Source: a virus. Taken from it: a stretch of 64,000 nucleotides of DNA. Positions 29,877 to 38,812 of this stretch are shown here, piece after piece. Within the stretch, counting starts at the first letter, position 1, and each line of letters begins with the position of its first letter. Below the pieces are notes generated by a model. The model was not told where the DNA came from. It saw only the letters and a program-made list of their open reading frames with translations, and searched no databases. The stretch lies in IMG/VR virus record IMGVR_UViG_3300005805_000045, positions 64,001 to 128,000 of that record; one strand, given 5' to 3'. Made by a program: the position numbers and the translations under genes.

Positions 29877-32282
29877 ATGGAAGACAGATCAAAGAAGAGA
29901 ATAACAACAAAAGACTTGACAGTTGATACAGTCTATAAAAGAAGACTGCCCTTATCTGGTGCCGAAAGAATTGAGAGAGAAGAATCGTTTCTTGAGAGTT
30001 TGTCACCAGCTGCTTATTCTGCAATGTTTCCTCAAAATAAAGCTCCATCTCAAGGAAGCGGCTCAAGTCCTGGTTCGGGAAATAGATCGCCCATGTCTGG
30101 TGCACCTGGACCTAGTGGTGGATCACAAAGACAGCCAACACCACCAGCATCATCAGAAACACCTGCTCCTTCAATACCACGTCAAGCACGGAAAGTTGAA
30201 TCAGCAGATATACCAGAGGGCACTCAAGCACCAGGTGAGGGTGTTGGAGTTATACCAAGTTTAATTCCTGAAGGTGGCAAATCAGATGATGTTGCGAGAG
30301 AAGCAGAGGGATTTACTCCTGAACCAGCAAAGGTACCAGACGTTACAGCAGAACCTCAGTCAAAAGCAAAATCTTCTAGAACACGTGGTTTTTCTCTGAC
30401 ACCAACAGAAGGCGTTCAAGATTCAAATCTTGCACCTCAAGTTGATCTATACGATAAAGAAACAATTTTTGGTTCTACTCCTACTATAGAATCACAACAA
30501 CAAACAGCAGTACCATCAGCAACAGATCAGCCGGCAACACCACAATCTGCACCACCTCCAATGCCTGATGATCCAGAAAAGTCAAAAGATGAGAGAGAGT
30601 TTCAAGCAAACGATACAGTCTTAGATCAGAAATCTGGCATATCATTTATGGATCAAAGAAATAAAGTTGGTGCTGATCTCAGAGGTGTTGACCCAAGATT
30701 AAAACATATGACAGCCGAAGGTATTCGTGTGTTTGAAAACATGCATCAGGGCAGATATAAAGTTGAAATTCTTGGTCCATCGGGCGGAATGAGAAGTGCA
30801 ACAACGTCATATCATGGTTCTGGTGGAGCACTCGATCTAGTCATAGTTGATACTAGAACAGGCAGAAGACTAACAAATTTTCCTGGATATGACAAACGTT
30901 ATGGATATCAAGGAAGTGCTGGTGAAAATGCACACATATATCAAGACTTGATGAACAGAGCCAAAATTGCTGCTCATAAATTTTATCCTGATGTTTCAGG
31001 TAGTGTGAGATGGGGTGGTTATGGTAAGTGGCAAGGCAATGAATTTGATACAATGCATATTGACCTTGATCCTCAAGGTAGAGGCATGGGTGGTGGCACG
31101 TTCGAAAAAGGATTCAGCCGTGAGTTTATGGAAAAGTATGGTGTAAGATCCAATCAGCCAATCACAGATATTGAAGATGCTGTGAAACAGCAATATGCAC
31201 CAGGTGGACCAAAACGACAAGATGCTCCTACTGCTCCAGCTGCAGGACCATCAGACAAAGAAAAATTGTATGATCTGTATAGAAAAGAGACAGGACGTAA
31301 TCCTTACAATACAGGACTAATGAGAAATACAGTAGAGACAGATGACTTCAAAAAATGGAGCGAGAATAAATCTGTTACTGCTGTTCCACAAAGTGAAAAA
31401 AGTGAAACTGGATTCAAATCATTTGCCACATTCGATGATAAAGAATTAGAAAGAAAATACTCAAAAGATGCAGAACAGCGAGAATCATATCCTAATCCAC
31501 CATCAATGGTTGTGCTGCATGACGTTTCAGCACCTAAAGGAGGAAAGCCAACAGTAGGAGCAGCAAAGGGTGCTTATCATATGGCTTTTGATGAGAATGG
31601 CTTTTATCTAAACTCTCGTTTGGATAAACAAGCACCACATGCCGCTGATTTCAATGAATTGTCTTTGGGTCTAGCACACGTAGGAATGGAAGGTGATAAG
31701 TTGTCACCAAAAGCAATCAAGCATGGTGCACACGCTTTGGCATATATGATGAAGTTTCATCCACAAATTACCTTAGACAGTCTCAGAACACACGCTGAAC
31801 TAAATGCTGATCCAAGAAAAGGCATTGTGGGAACTAGAATGGGTGGTAAAAATCCTAAAGAAGGATCATGGAGAGAAAGTGTACTAGATTATCTACAAAA
31901 GAATCCACATATCATGAAGATGAGCTTAGAAGAACTTGAGGGTAGACAAAAAAAGATGGAGTATGGTGGTGAGCTTCGTTTGCCCAATCAATTCTCTATG
32001 GAAGATGATGAGTCTGATATGCTGAACACATATCAAGAATCTTTTGATTCTGATAACTACACCGAAAACATCCTAAACAAGACTGAGTACGAAACTAATT
32101 ATGCAAGGACACCGCCACAAAGAGATGATGCTATACATGATTTGGCTAACGATGCTACATCAACAAGAGACATGACAGACTGTGCTGCATTCAATCGATT
32201 TGTTGCCAGATCAAGATTCGAACAAACGGGTGATCCTATAATCGGTGGTCACTTTGATTATGGTGCATCAAACTTCAATTAA
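29877..32282 (+). CDS. Large virion protein with M15-like peptidase and Amidase_2-like domains
   Basis: SYHGSGGALDL..RWGG..DTMHID; VVLHD..AYH..APHA.DFN..SLGL..THAEL. Confidence 0.65.
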   Translation: MEDRSKKRITTKDLTVDTVYKRRLPLSGAERIEREESFLESLSPAAYSAMFPQNKAPSQGSGSSPGSGNRSPMSGAPGPSGGSQRQPTPPASSETPAPSIPRQARKVESADIPEGTQAPGEGVGVIPSLIPEGGKSDDVAREAEGFTPEPAKVPDVTAEPQSKAKSSRTRGFSLTPTEGVQDSNLAPQVDLYDKETIFGSTPTIESQQQTAVPSATDQPATPQSAPPPMPDDPEKSKDEREFQANDTVLDQKSGISFMDQRNKVGADLRGVDPRLKHMTAEGIRVFENMHQGRYKVEILGPSGGMRSATTSYHGSGGALDLVIVDTRTGRRLTNFPGYDKRYGYQGSAGENAHIYQDLMNRAKIAAHKFYPDVSGSVRWGGYGKWQGNEFDTMHIDLDPQGRGMGGGTFEKGFSREFMEKYGVRSNQPITDIEDAVKQQYAPGGPKRQDAPTAPAAGPSDKEKLYDLYRKETGRNPYNTGLMRNTVETDDFKKWSENKSVTAVPQSEKSETGFKSFATFDDKELERKYSKDAEQRESYPNPPSMVVLHDVSAPKGGKPTVGAAKGAYHMAFDENGFYLNSRLDKQAPHAADFNELSLGLAHVGMEGDKLSPKAIKHGAHALAYMMKFHPQITLDSLRTHAELNADPRKGIVGTRMGGKNPKEGSWRESVLDYLQKNPHIMKMSLEELEGRQKKMEYGGELRLPNQFSMEDDESDMLNTYQESFDSDNYTENILNKTEYETNYARTPPQRDDAIHDLANDATSTRDMTDCAAFNRFVARSRFEQTGDPIIGGHFDYGASNFN

Positions 32283-32309
32283 AAAAAAGCGGAGATTTCT
32301 CTCCGCTTT
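32281..32309. terminator. Intrinsic terminator between convergent genes
   Basis: A8-GCGGAGA tttc TCTCCGC-TTT. Confidence 0.85.
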
Positions 32310-32319
32310 CTAACTTCTC

Positions 32320-33207
32320 TTAGTCGTCTGCTAGAGCCTTGAAGGCCTTCAGATCGTCATCATCTTCATCGATGTCGAATGGAGGTGCTTCTGCCTTAGC
32401 TTCCTTACGAACAACAGGTGCAGCACGCTCAACAGGAGCTTCACTTGTTGCTTCACCAAGTACCATCTCAAGTTTAGCCTTTAGTTCAGCATAACTTTTG
32501 AACTGGCTTGGATCAACAAACTCCTTCAACGAATACTCTGACTTCCAAATCTTCTCTAGTTCGTCATCATCTTGACTGAGTGCTGATGGACTCTCGAACA
32601 ATGATTGATCATAGTTGGCATAACCATCGACCGTACGAATACGAATCTTGAAATTAGCACCTTTCCAGAGATCGAATGGATTGACAGGAGTATCGTCTTC
32701 AAACTCAGGCTTCATCAACATGGTAATCTTGTCGAAAATCTTCTTACCAAACTTGAAGAGAAAGACTTTACCTTCATTCTCTGGATGCTTGGGATCAGAT
32801 ACGACGTAGATGTTGCTGATATAGCTTAGCCGACGCTTTTGAGCTTGAGCTTGCTTGCGTTCTGGTGAACCTTCACCACCAGCATTCCAGAGCTTTGAGT
32901 TGAACTCTGAAACGGGATCTTTCTGACCTAGAGTTGTGAGGGACTTCTCGATATACCACTTGCCAGATGGACCCTTGAAACCGTGGTCGAAGATGCGTAC
33001 CCAGGGAAGGGCATCATCACCATCAACAGCAGGGGCAGGAAGGAATCGAATAACGGCTGAACCGTTACCGCTCTTGTCTCGTTCGATCTTCCAGAACCGA
33101 TCATCGTCCTTCTTCTCCTGTGATGTAGGAGAATTGAGCTTGTCGAGTTCTTTGGCAAGCCGATCGATACCACCAGATGCCTTCTTTAGTTTAGCGAAAT
33201 CTACCAT
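32320..33207 (-). CDS. gp32: Single-stranded DNA-binding protein gp32
   Basis: DDRFWK..DKSGNG.AVIRFLP, WYIE.SLTTLG..DPV, KFGKKIFDKI, GANFK, acidic C-terminus. Confidence 0.96.
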   Translation of the reverse strand: MVDFAKLKKASGGIDRLAKELDKLNSPTSQEKKDDDRFWKIERDKSGNGSAVIRFLPAPAVDGDDALPWVRIFDHGFKGPSGKWYIEKSLTTLGQKDPVSEFNSKLWNAGGEGSPERKQAQAQKRRLSYISNIYVVSDPKHPENEGKVFLFKFGKKIFDKITMLMKPEFEDDTPVNPFDLWKGANFKIRIRTVDGYANYDQSLFESPSALSQDDDELEKIWKSEYSLKEFVDPSQFKSYAELKAKLEMVLGEATSEAPVERAAPVVRKEAKAEAPPFDIDEDDDDLKAFKALADD

Positions 33208-33267
33208 TTGTATTTTCTCCGTATAGCGTTGTATTGCTTTTTATCCACATATGCATGACGATTTGTG

Positions 33268-33297
33268 TATACTAACAGACTCCGAAGAATCTGTCAA
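33268..33297 (-). promoter_or_regulatory. Sigma70-like promoter for gp32 overlapping a UUCG hairpin
   Basis: TTGACA at 33292-33297; GACAGATTC-TTCG-GAGTCTGTT hairpin. Confidence 0.5.
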
Positions 33298-33298
33298 G

Positions 33299-33910
33299 TT
33301 ATTTATTCGCCAATTTTTCATTCATCTTCCTCAGCACATTTTTCACCTTACCACTGTCATACTCAACAAACGGTAACACCTTATCAGCAAGGAATCGAAT
33401 CTTGCTCCACAGAATATCATCCTTGCCAATCCGATCATCGAACTTATCGAAGAACTTCACATACACATTGAATACGACCATCGTTTCTATTGAAAGAGTG
33501 TTGTTCAAGTATCGTGTAATCAACTCTGGATATTGACTAGATTTGGTCTTGAAGATATCAGATGGATCATCAACACCATCAAACAGTTCGTTCAACTCAT
33601 TCTCAAAATGATATGTAAAGGCTTGCTTGCGTTTCATAAAAGCAACATATGTGTCATCACACTCATCATCAAGAAAGTCACCAATCCAGGACTTACCTTT
33701 TATAAAGTTAGCCACTAGGAAATCCTGAATTTGGTTCTTGTCATACTTTCGGCACAGTTTTTGGAACTGAAACTTGTCCTTTCTAGCCAAAAAGGAATCT
33801 TGTGAAGCGTTGACTTTACCTTGATACTTGAAGAAGTCGTATTTTTGGTTAGTGAAATGATTCTTCAGGGCAAGAAACAAGCAATATGTTTCATACGCAG
33901 AAAGTCTCAT
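33299..33910 (-). CDS. gp59: Helicase loader gp59
   Basis: Y..FLALKNHFT..KYDFFKY.GK, FLVANF, ISIET; synteny with gp32 and gp33. Confidence 0.92.
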   Translation of the reverse strand: MRLSAYETYCLFLALKNHFTNQKYDFFKYQGKVNASQDSFLARKDKFQFQKLCRKYDKNQIQDFLVANFIKGKSWIGDFLDDECDDTYVAFMKRKQAFTYHFENELNELFDGVDDPSDIFKTKSSQYPELITRYLNNTLSIETMVVFNVYVKFFDKFDDRIGKDDILWSKIRFLADKVLPFVEYDSGKVKNVLRKMNEKLANK

Positions 33911-33934
33911 GTCCTGACTCCTTCATCATGGAGT

Positions 33935-34162
33935 TTATATTGGTAGTTTGGTTGTATTCGATCTTGGTAGAAAGTGGAGTTCTTCTGCTTCAAGTTTGAT
34001 TTTTGACTTCAATGCCCCAGACACAAGTTTTGCTGCTATCTCTATTTCATAACCAGTGTTTTCACAATAGAGAATAACAGCATCCATGTATGAGACATCT
34101 TTTTCTTGGACGATCTTTTCAATTTCAAAGGAGAAGGTTAGCATTTCTTCTCTGTCAATCAT
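33935..34162 (-). CDS. gp33: Late transcription co-activator gp33
   Basis: FS.EIE.IV...SYMDAV..YCE..LKSKI..EAEELHFL..LPI. Confidence 0.92.
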   Translation of the reverse strand: MIDREEMLTFSFEIEKIVQEKDVSYMDAVILYCENTGYEIEIAAKLVSGALKSKIKLEAEELHFLPRSNTTKLPI

Positions 34163-34174
34163 ATCAAATAATCC

Positions 34175-34288
34175 TTAGAGGTAAGAGTCATACCTATGAC
34201 GTTTTAGAACTTCACGAGCACGCATCTCTTGTGCTTCCTGAAATGCTTCATAGAACATCTTCAGTTTTTCGATACATCGACTTAACAT
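34175..34288 (-). CDS. 37-aa hypothetical protein (MLSRCIEKLKMFYEAFQEAQEMRAREVLKRHRYDSYL)
   Basis: Below the ORF-track cut-off; AAGGA RBS; fills the gap. Confidence 0.6.
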   Translation of the reverse strand: MLSRCIEKLKMFYEAFQEAQEMRAREVLKRHRYDSYL

Positions 34289-34304
34289 TTTTTGTTTTCC
34301 TTTT

Positions 34305-34733
34305 TTAGAGTTGAATCACCTGACTATTGTTGCGTTTAGCTTCATCATAGTCATTTCTATCCACAGTGAGTGTGGAACATGACAATAATTCAAATTCTTT
34401 GAGTTTTTGGAGGACGATTCTCACGTCAAAGTTTTTACAAGAAAAGAGATCAAACTCTATGAGAGCAGGGTTGACCTCATCCCAAACGTGGATCGAGAGG
34501 TGGGAAAAATCTAGGATAGCCACCGCTGTATGGCCCTTGTTGCCTTCCATATCTGAATAGACAACGAGTGGACCACCGATGACCTTCATACCAACTTGAG
34601 TAATAACACTCTTACACCAATCTGCTAGAGAATCTGCTTCTCTAGGAGGATTTGCAACATAAGCACGAATGATGATGTGTTTATGGTCTCTAACAATTGG
34701 TTGTGTCATTTCTTTAAATCTGAATACCTCCAT
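34305..34733 (-). CDS. speD: Pyruvoyl-dependent S-adenosylmethionine decarboxylase family proenzyme
   Basis: HKHII, G.TAVAILDFSHLSIHVWDE, FDLFSCK.F. Confidence 0.8.
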   Translation of the reverse strand: MEVFRFKEMTQPIVRDHKHIIIRAYVANPPREADSLADWCKSVITQVGMKVIGGPLVVYSDMEGNKGHTAVAILDFSHLSIHVWDEVNPALIEFDLFSCKNFDVRIVLQKLKEFELLSCSTLTVDRNDYDEAKRNNSQVIQL

Positions 34734-34743
34734 GGAAATAAAA

Positions 34744-35138
34744 GTGGTGGCCCGTTTCTTTTATGGGTGGTACCATACCCCTATTCAAGACATAATCAAG
34801 AATAGCTGATATGTTCTGTTTCTAGGTCATCAGCATACCCAATGAGATCAGGCTGCTAGAGCCATCTCAAATGGTGCGTTATCATTGGCACCTAAGTTTT
34901 TCTTGCGTTACGTAGCTTGCGCACGGTATCTCCACAATCTTCCATCCGTCTGTCAATCCTGTTTCACGCCCATCAAAGATACACAAAAGTTTCTCCAACA
35001 GTATTATATCTGCCTTAACTGTTGACTAGCACTAATTGAAATAATTAGTCAGAAACTAAGTCCTTTTGTGTATCTGTGGTGGACGTGTGCGGTACTGCCC
35101 CGCAGTCCAGTCCGTCTTCCAACAGCTTCATCGATACA
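34744..35138 (-). ncRNA. ssrA: Two-piece (circularly permuted) tmRNA
   Basis: Acceptor piece ends CACGTCC-A-CCA at 35077; coding piece starts GGGCGTG at 34971 (G3-U70 Ala determinant); tag ORF 34848-34889 ANDNAPFEMALAA*. Confidence 0.93.
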
Positions 35139-35142
35139 GATG

Positions 35143-35150
35143 TATTTATA
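35143..35150 (-). promoter_or_regulatory. Late promoter TATAAATA driving the tmRNA
   Basis: Perfect consensus directly upstream of the acceptor piece. Confidence 0.85.
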
Positions 35151-35843
35151 TCAGGAGTATTTCTTTTTGTCAAGATGGTAATCATAAATCTTCTGAAACA
35201 GATTCAACTCATAATCTTCTTTACGTTTGACGAAGACCTGTGGATCAGGTTCATTGTCCACGGAAATGATGATGACGATTTGATCGATGGGAATGCCAAC
35301 ACGTTCTTCATACATGAAACTGTATGCGGTTGTCTGTTCAAAATAGTTCTGGATGAACTTCTCAGGTTTGATTTTGGTTGAGGTCTTGAAGTCAATGACA
35401 CTCAGTTCCCCATCGAACTCACCAATCACGTCTGTTCGACCTGCTAGTCGCATCTTGGTCGAGTAAAGCGGACACTCGATATAATGGATGTTATCAATGC
35501 GATCAAGAGTTGGTCGCATGTCATAGAAAGCCTGACGCTGATCAGGCATCACGCCTTCGTGCAACACTTCTTTGATTGGTTTGTTTTCGAGATACCGTTC
35601 CATCATCGAATGGAACTTGGAGCCTCGAGTCGTCGCGCGATTGGTTATTCTGTTTGCTTCTTCATGTCCAACGCGACTTCTCCATTCTTCAATGCTCTTC
35701 TTTTTGAAATGACCAAGCACAGTTGTTACAGATGGAAATGATTCACCTGTTGGAATGATGTAGTGTCTCGCGCCGTTGACTTCCTTAGTTGAAAGTGGCT
35801 GGAGCTTTGGAACCCCAGCCACATAGTTGAATGTTTTTGTCAT
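35151..35843 (-). CDS. PD-(D/E)XK exonuclease (Cas4/lambda-exonuclease-like)
   Basis: PSVTTVL, RG..FH, AGRTD...VIDFKTS, Q..AY. Confidence 0.88.
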   Translation of the reverse strand: MTKTFNYVAGVPKLQPLSTKEVNGARHYIIPTGESFPSVTTVLGHFKKKSIEEWRSRVGHEEANRITNRATTRGSKFHSMMERYLENKPIKEVLHEGVMPDQRQAFYDMRPTLDRIDNIHYIECPLYSTKMRLAGRTDVIGEFDGELSVIDFKTSTKIKPEKFIQNYFEQTTAYSFMYEERVGIPIDQIVIIISVDNEPDPQVFVKRKEDYELNLFQKIYDYHLDKKKYS

Positions 35844-35846
35844 GCT

Positions 35847-36008
35847 CTATTTTAATTCACCTTTTTCCTTCATCATCTTGATGAACTCTTCCCGCATCTT
35901 CTTATACCAAGACAAGCTCTCGATCATGCTGTTGAACGATTGTGGTTTCCGTTCTGCTAGAAACTCGTCCAACGCCTTCTTGAACTCTTCACTTCCGATG
36001 GTCATCAT
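35847..36008 (-). CDS. 53-aa hypothetical protein
   Basis: MMTIGSEEFKKALDEFL...; fills the operon gap. Confidence 0.6.
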   Translation of the reverse strand: MMTIGSEEFKKALDEFLAERKPQSFNSMIESLSWYKKMREEFIKMMKEKGELK

Positions 36009-36012
36009 TTGT

Positions 36013-36540
36013 TCAGTCCTTTGGCATGAAGGTTATTCTTCGTCTCTTCTTTTCGGGTCTGCGTAGTTGATACTCTGTTTCGCCGTAAGGGTTTCTTGGT
36101 GCGCCTAAGTCTCCTTGACCATATCTCGTTGGACCATACTCGTCTTTCTCACCTTTACGCGCGGTGCCAGTGTAGATCGCAGTGCCTTTACCGTCGGGCG
36201 TTCTGTGGATGTAGGCGTCTTGGTCATACTTAGTAGACAGTTCGTGTACGTGCTTCAAAAGCTCTTTACCATGTTCATCACTCGTGCCTCGAGCAAAGAC
36301 GTGCAAAGAGTTTTCGCTGCCTACGCCGCCACCCTCATCCCACTTGCCCTTTGTCTTCCTGAAGCCGAACCCTCGATTCCTGAGTTCACCCTTCAGCTCC
36401 TTCATCCTAGCAGCATTCTCCTTGGGTGTCAAGTGCTTCCTTTCAGGTGAGAAGATGGCTGAATGACCCTTGAATGAAGCAACGCGAGACAGGGGATTAC
36501 CCTCTGTTAAGTATGTCCGTAGTTCTTTGAAAGTTTTCAT
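36013..36540 (-). CDS. T3-type SAM lyase (SAMase) homologue with capsid-targeting-like leader
   Basis: IFSPER..LT..EN..R..L...L; G.W.E....ENS; L..KYDQD pattern matches the T3 SAMase family; N-terminus MKTFKELRTYLTE. Confidence 0.65.
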   Translation of the reverse strand: MKTFKELRTYLTEGNPLSRVASFKGHSAIFSPERKHLTPKENAARMKELKGELRNRGFGFRKTKGKWDEGGGVGSENSLHVFARGTSDEHGKELLKHVHELSTKYDQDAYIHRTPDGKGTAIYTGTARKGEKDEYGPTRYGQGDLGAPRNPYGETEYQLRRPEKKRRRITFMPKD

Positions 36541-36547
36541 GGTTAAC

Positions 36548-37144
36548 CTATTTGAGTTCCTGTGTATCGTTTCTTAGTTTATCAAGTCTATTTAACCAAC
36601 CCTTGTGATACTTACCGTATTTATCTGGGTTACTGGTTGCCAAATGGTCATAATGATCTTTCCTGCCTTGAATCAGCTTGTCATAGTTGTCGCCATGCTC
36701 TTTAGCCAATTTTTGAGCGAAGCCTTTGCCTTGATTGATAGCAGCGTCTAGCACGACCGCGCGCGATCTGTGGCTTAGATGGTTGAGTTCACCCATACCC
36801 TCGAAGTAGTGCTTGCGATAAATCTCTTTGGCATCATCTTTGGTCAGGTTAGCGATGTCAACGTCTGGGTGAGCATTCTTGCTGATGCCATATCTCGTCA
36901 TGCCGCCAGTGTCGTGTGTTACTTTACCAGCAGGTCCTTCGTACTTGAATGTCCTGTGTGCAAAGCCTTCGAACTCTTTTTCACGATCTTCGTGCTTCTT
37001 GAGCAGTGCAGCAATGCTATCGGGCTTGCTCATTCTTCTGATCAAGCCACCGATGTGATCTTCTTTGCCTGCAGGAGCAGGATGAATGATTGCTGGTGGA
37101 GATTGTGCGGCGTCTTCTTCGATGAATTGTCTAAACGTCTTCAT
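36548..37144 (-). CDS. GH108 lysozyme (TtsA-like) with capsid-targeting-like leader
   Basis: YEG..DTGG.T.YGIS, LT.DDA..IY...Y, D.AINQG, KGWLNR; N-terminus MKTFRQFIEE. Confidence 0.85.
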   Translation of the reverse strand: MKTFRQFIEEDAAQSPPAIIHPAPAGKEDHIGGLIRRMSKPDSIAALLKKHEDREKEFEGFAHRTFKYEGPAGKVTHDTGGMTRYGISKNAHPDVDIANLTKDDAKEIYRKHYFEGMGELNHLSHRSRAVVLDAAINQGKGFAQKLAKEHGDNYDKLIQGRKDHYDHLATSNPDKYGKYHKGWLNRLDKLRNDTQELK

Positions 37145-37662
37145 TTGAACTTTCCGTCTAATATGTCCTCGATGGGAATTGGTTTGTAGTTAGTTCTCTC
37201 CACAGAAACATTCACATAGCCATCTTTGTCGATCTTCTTTTCGTGTATGTGACCATGAACGTTCAGCGAGGTTGGATACATGCTGAAGTCATTGATCGGG
37301 TAATGCGTGAACAACAAATCTCTCTTGAACATGCCTTTAGTAGCGAGTGATGCCCTGATGCTACTGAAGTATGGAATGAACCTCGCAGCATCGTAATCAT
37401 GATTGCCCATAATGAGCGTTTTGATCCCATTCAATCGTGCGAGCGTGACACCATAAAATTCTGGATGACCAAAGATAACATCACCGACGTGTATCACGGT
37501 GTCCTTTGGTTTGATGATCGAGTTCCAATTCTCAATCATCACTTCGTTCATGTGTGTCACGTCTTTGAAATCAGGCCTCATCAAACTTCCATCAATGCAC
37601 CTGAACGACAGAATATTCGCATGATTGAAGTGCGTATCAGATATAACGAAAACATCACCCAT
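37141..37662 (-). CDS. Calcineurin-like metallophosphoesterase
   Basis: SDTHF, HVGD, GNHD, THYP, HGHIH. Confidence 0.92.
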   Translation of the reverse strand: MGDVFVISDTHFNHANILSFRCIDGSLMRPDFKDVTHMNEVMIENWNSIIKPKDTVIHVGDVIFGHPEFYGVTLARLNGIKTLIMGNHDYDAARFIPYFSSIRASLATKGMFKRDLLFTHYPINDFSMYPTSLNVHGHIHEKKIDKDGYVNVSVERTNYKPIPIEDILDGKFK

Positions 37663-37666
37663 TCAT

Positions 37667-38812
37667 TCACTTCCTTGTTTTGGCCATAGCCCGCTGATTA
37701 TAAGAGTCCTTCATTGCAGCAATGTTATCCTTAGACAACGTTGGGTGATCAGGGAAATGGTGCTGCAATAGCTTGATGATTGGGTCTTTCTTGCCGTGAT
37801 CTGTCTCTCTGCCACCAGGAAGATCGTGTCTGGCCGCAACTTGTGACTCCTCGCCATAAAGCAAATGAGTGAAGCGATGGGCAAATTCATGCTGCTGTTC
37901 GGGAGTGCCGTGTGCCTTCACCGCAGCGATGGTTCCGTGAATCGAGCTGGTGTCTGTGCGCTTGGGGTTGAAGCCCTTGCCGAAGATCATCTTGCCGATG
38001 TTGTGTGGATGCAGTTCACGTTCAGCACCCTTTGATGGTAGCTCTTCGTGAATTGGCAACTTGCTTACTGGATCAACACGTCCTGTGTCTCGTGTCTTTG
38101 CTCTTGCTCCGGGAGCAACCTTGCCACCGATGCTGAGTGTTACACCAGACTCGCCTTGCTTGAGACCTCTCTTGCCCTGAATCATCACTGGCTTTCGCAT
38201 TGACGATGCAGCGGCTCTTAGTGCGACTTTTGATGCTAGTCCAGGAACAGAAGGATGTGACCCCGAGGGGAACATATCTCCCTTGGGTGTGTTCTTGTAC
38301 CACATCGCACCTTGATCAGGCTTGTTGTTCTTGTCGTGCTTCATTGGACTCAAATCAACCTGCGTGACTTGTCCAGTTTTCTTATGTTTCCAGAGAGTGA
38401 ACACACCACCTGGGTCATGTGGATCATCTGATCCTTTGACGTGAACTAGATCATGATGCTCTGTTGATAGCTTACCAACATGATCTTTGAGTGCATGAAG
38501 GTTCTTTAGTGTGTGCTCGTCATCTTTGACAACGTAATCAAGGTCACCAAACTTTTTCTTTCCCACTCTATGAAACTCAGAATCAGGAATTGAAGTATCA
38601 TGGAAATGCTCTGCTGATCCTACTGGAGAAACAGGTGTGCCCCCGAGATGTTGTGATAGCACACCCCTGATTGCATTCGCATGAGGCAGCATTTCTTTTC
38701 TTTGGTGGATTCCAGTAGGCGTGGAACTAACAGTGTTACCATGCTCGTCAGAGTATTGAAGATTGCCGCCTTCTTTGAGTAAGGAATACTGTCTGAAACT
38801 AAGCATGTCCAT
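37667..38812 (-). CDS. Pol-beta superfamily nucleotidyltransferase-like protein
   Basis: VGS..., FGDLD, QVDL catalytic pattern; N-terminus MLSFRQYSLLKE-GGN. Confidence 0.65.
   Translation of the reverse strand: MDMLSFRQYSLLKEGGNLQYSDEHGNTVSSTPTGIHQRKEMLPHANAIRGVLSQHLGGTPVSPVGSAEHFHDTSIPDSEFHRVGKKKFGDLDYVVKDDEHTLKNLHALKDHVGKLSTEHHDLVHVKGSDDPHDPGGVFTLWKHKKTGQVTQVDLSPMKHDKNNKPDQGAMWYKNTPKGDMFPSGSHPSVPGLASKVALRAAASSMRKPVMIQGKRGLKQGESGVTLSIGGKVAPGARAKTRDTGRVDPVSKLPIHEELPSKGAERELHPHNIGKMIFGKGFNPKRTDTSSIHGTIAAVKAHGTPEQQHEFAHRFTHLLYGEESQVAARHDLPGGRETDHGKKDPIIKLLQHHFPDHPTLSKDNIAAMKDSYNQRAMAKTRK

Noticed and set aside
33241-33249. Perfect DnaA box TTATCCACA upstream of gp32
   Set aside because: A single copy is plausible by chance in 64 kb; no cluster or unwinding element
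35077-35110. tRNA gene
   Set aside because: The T-arm plus CCA has no anticodon arm; it is the acceptor piece of the permuted tmRNA
35151-35843. CRISPR-Cas (Cas4-like nuclease)
   Set aside because: No array or other cas genes and no Fe-S cysteines; this is a common T4-like exonuclease
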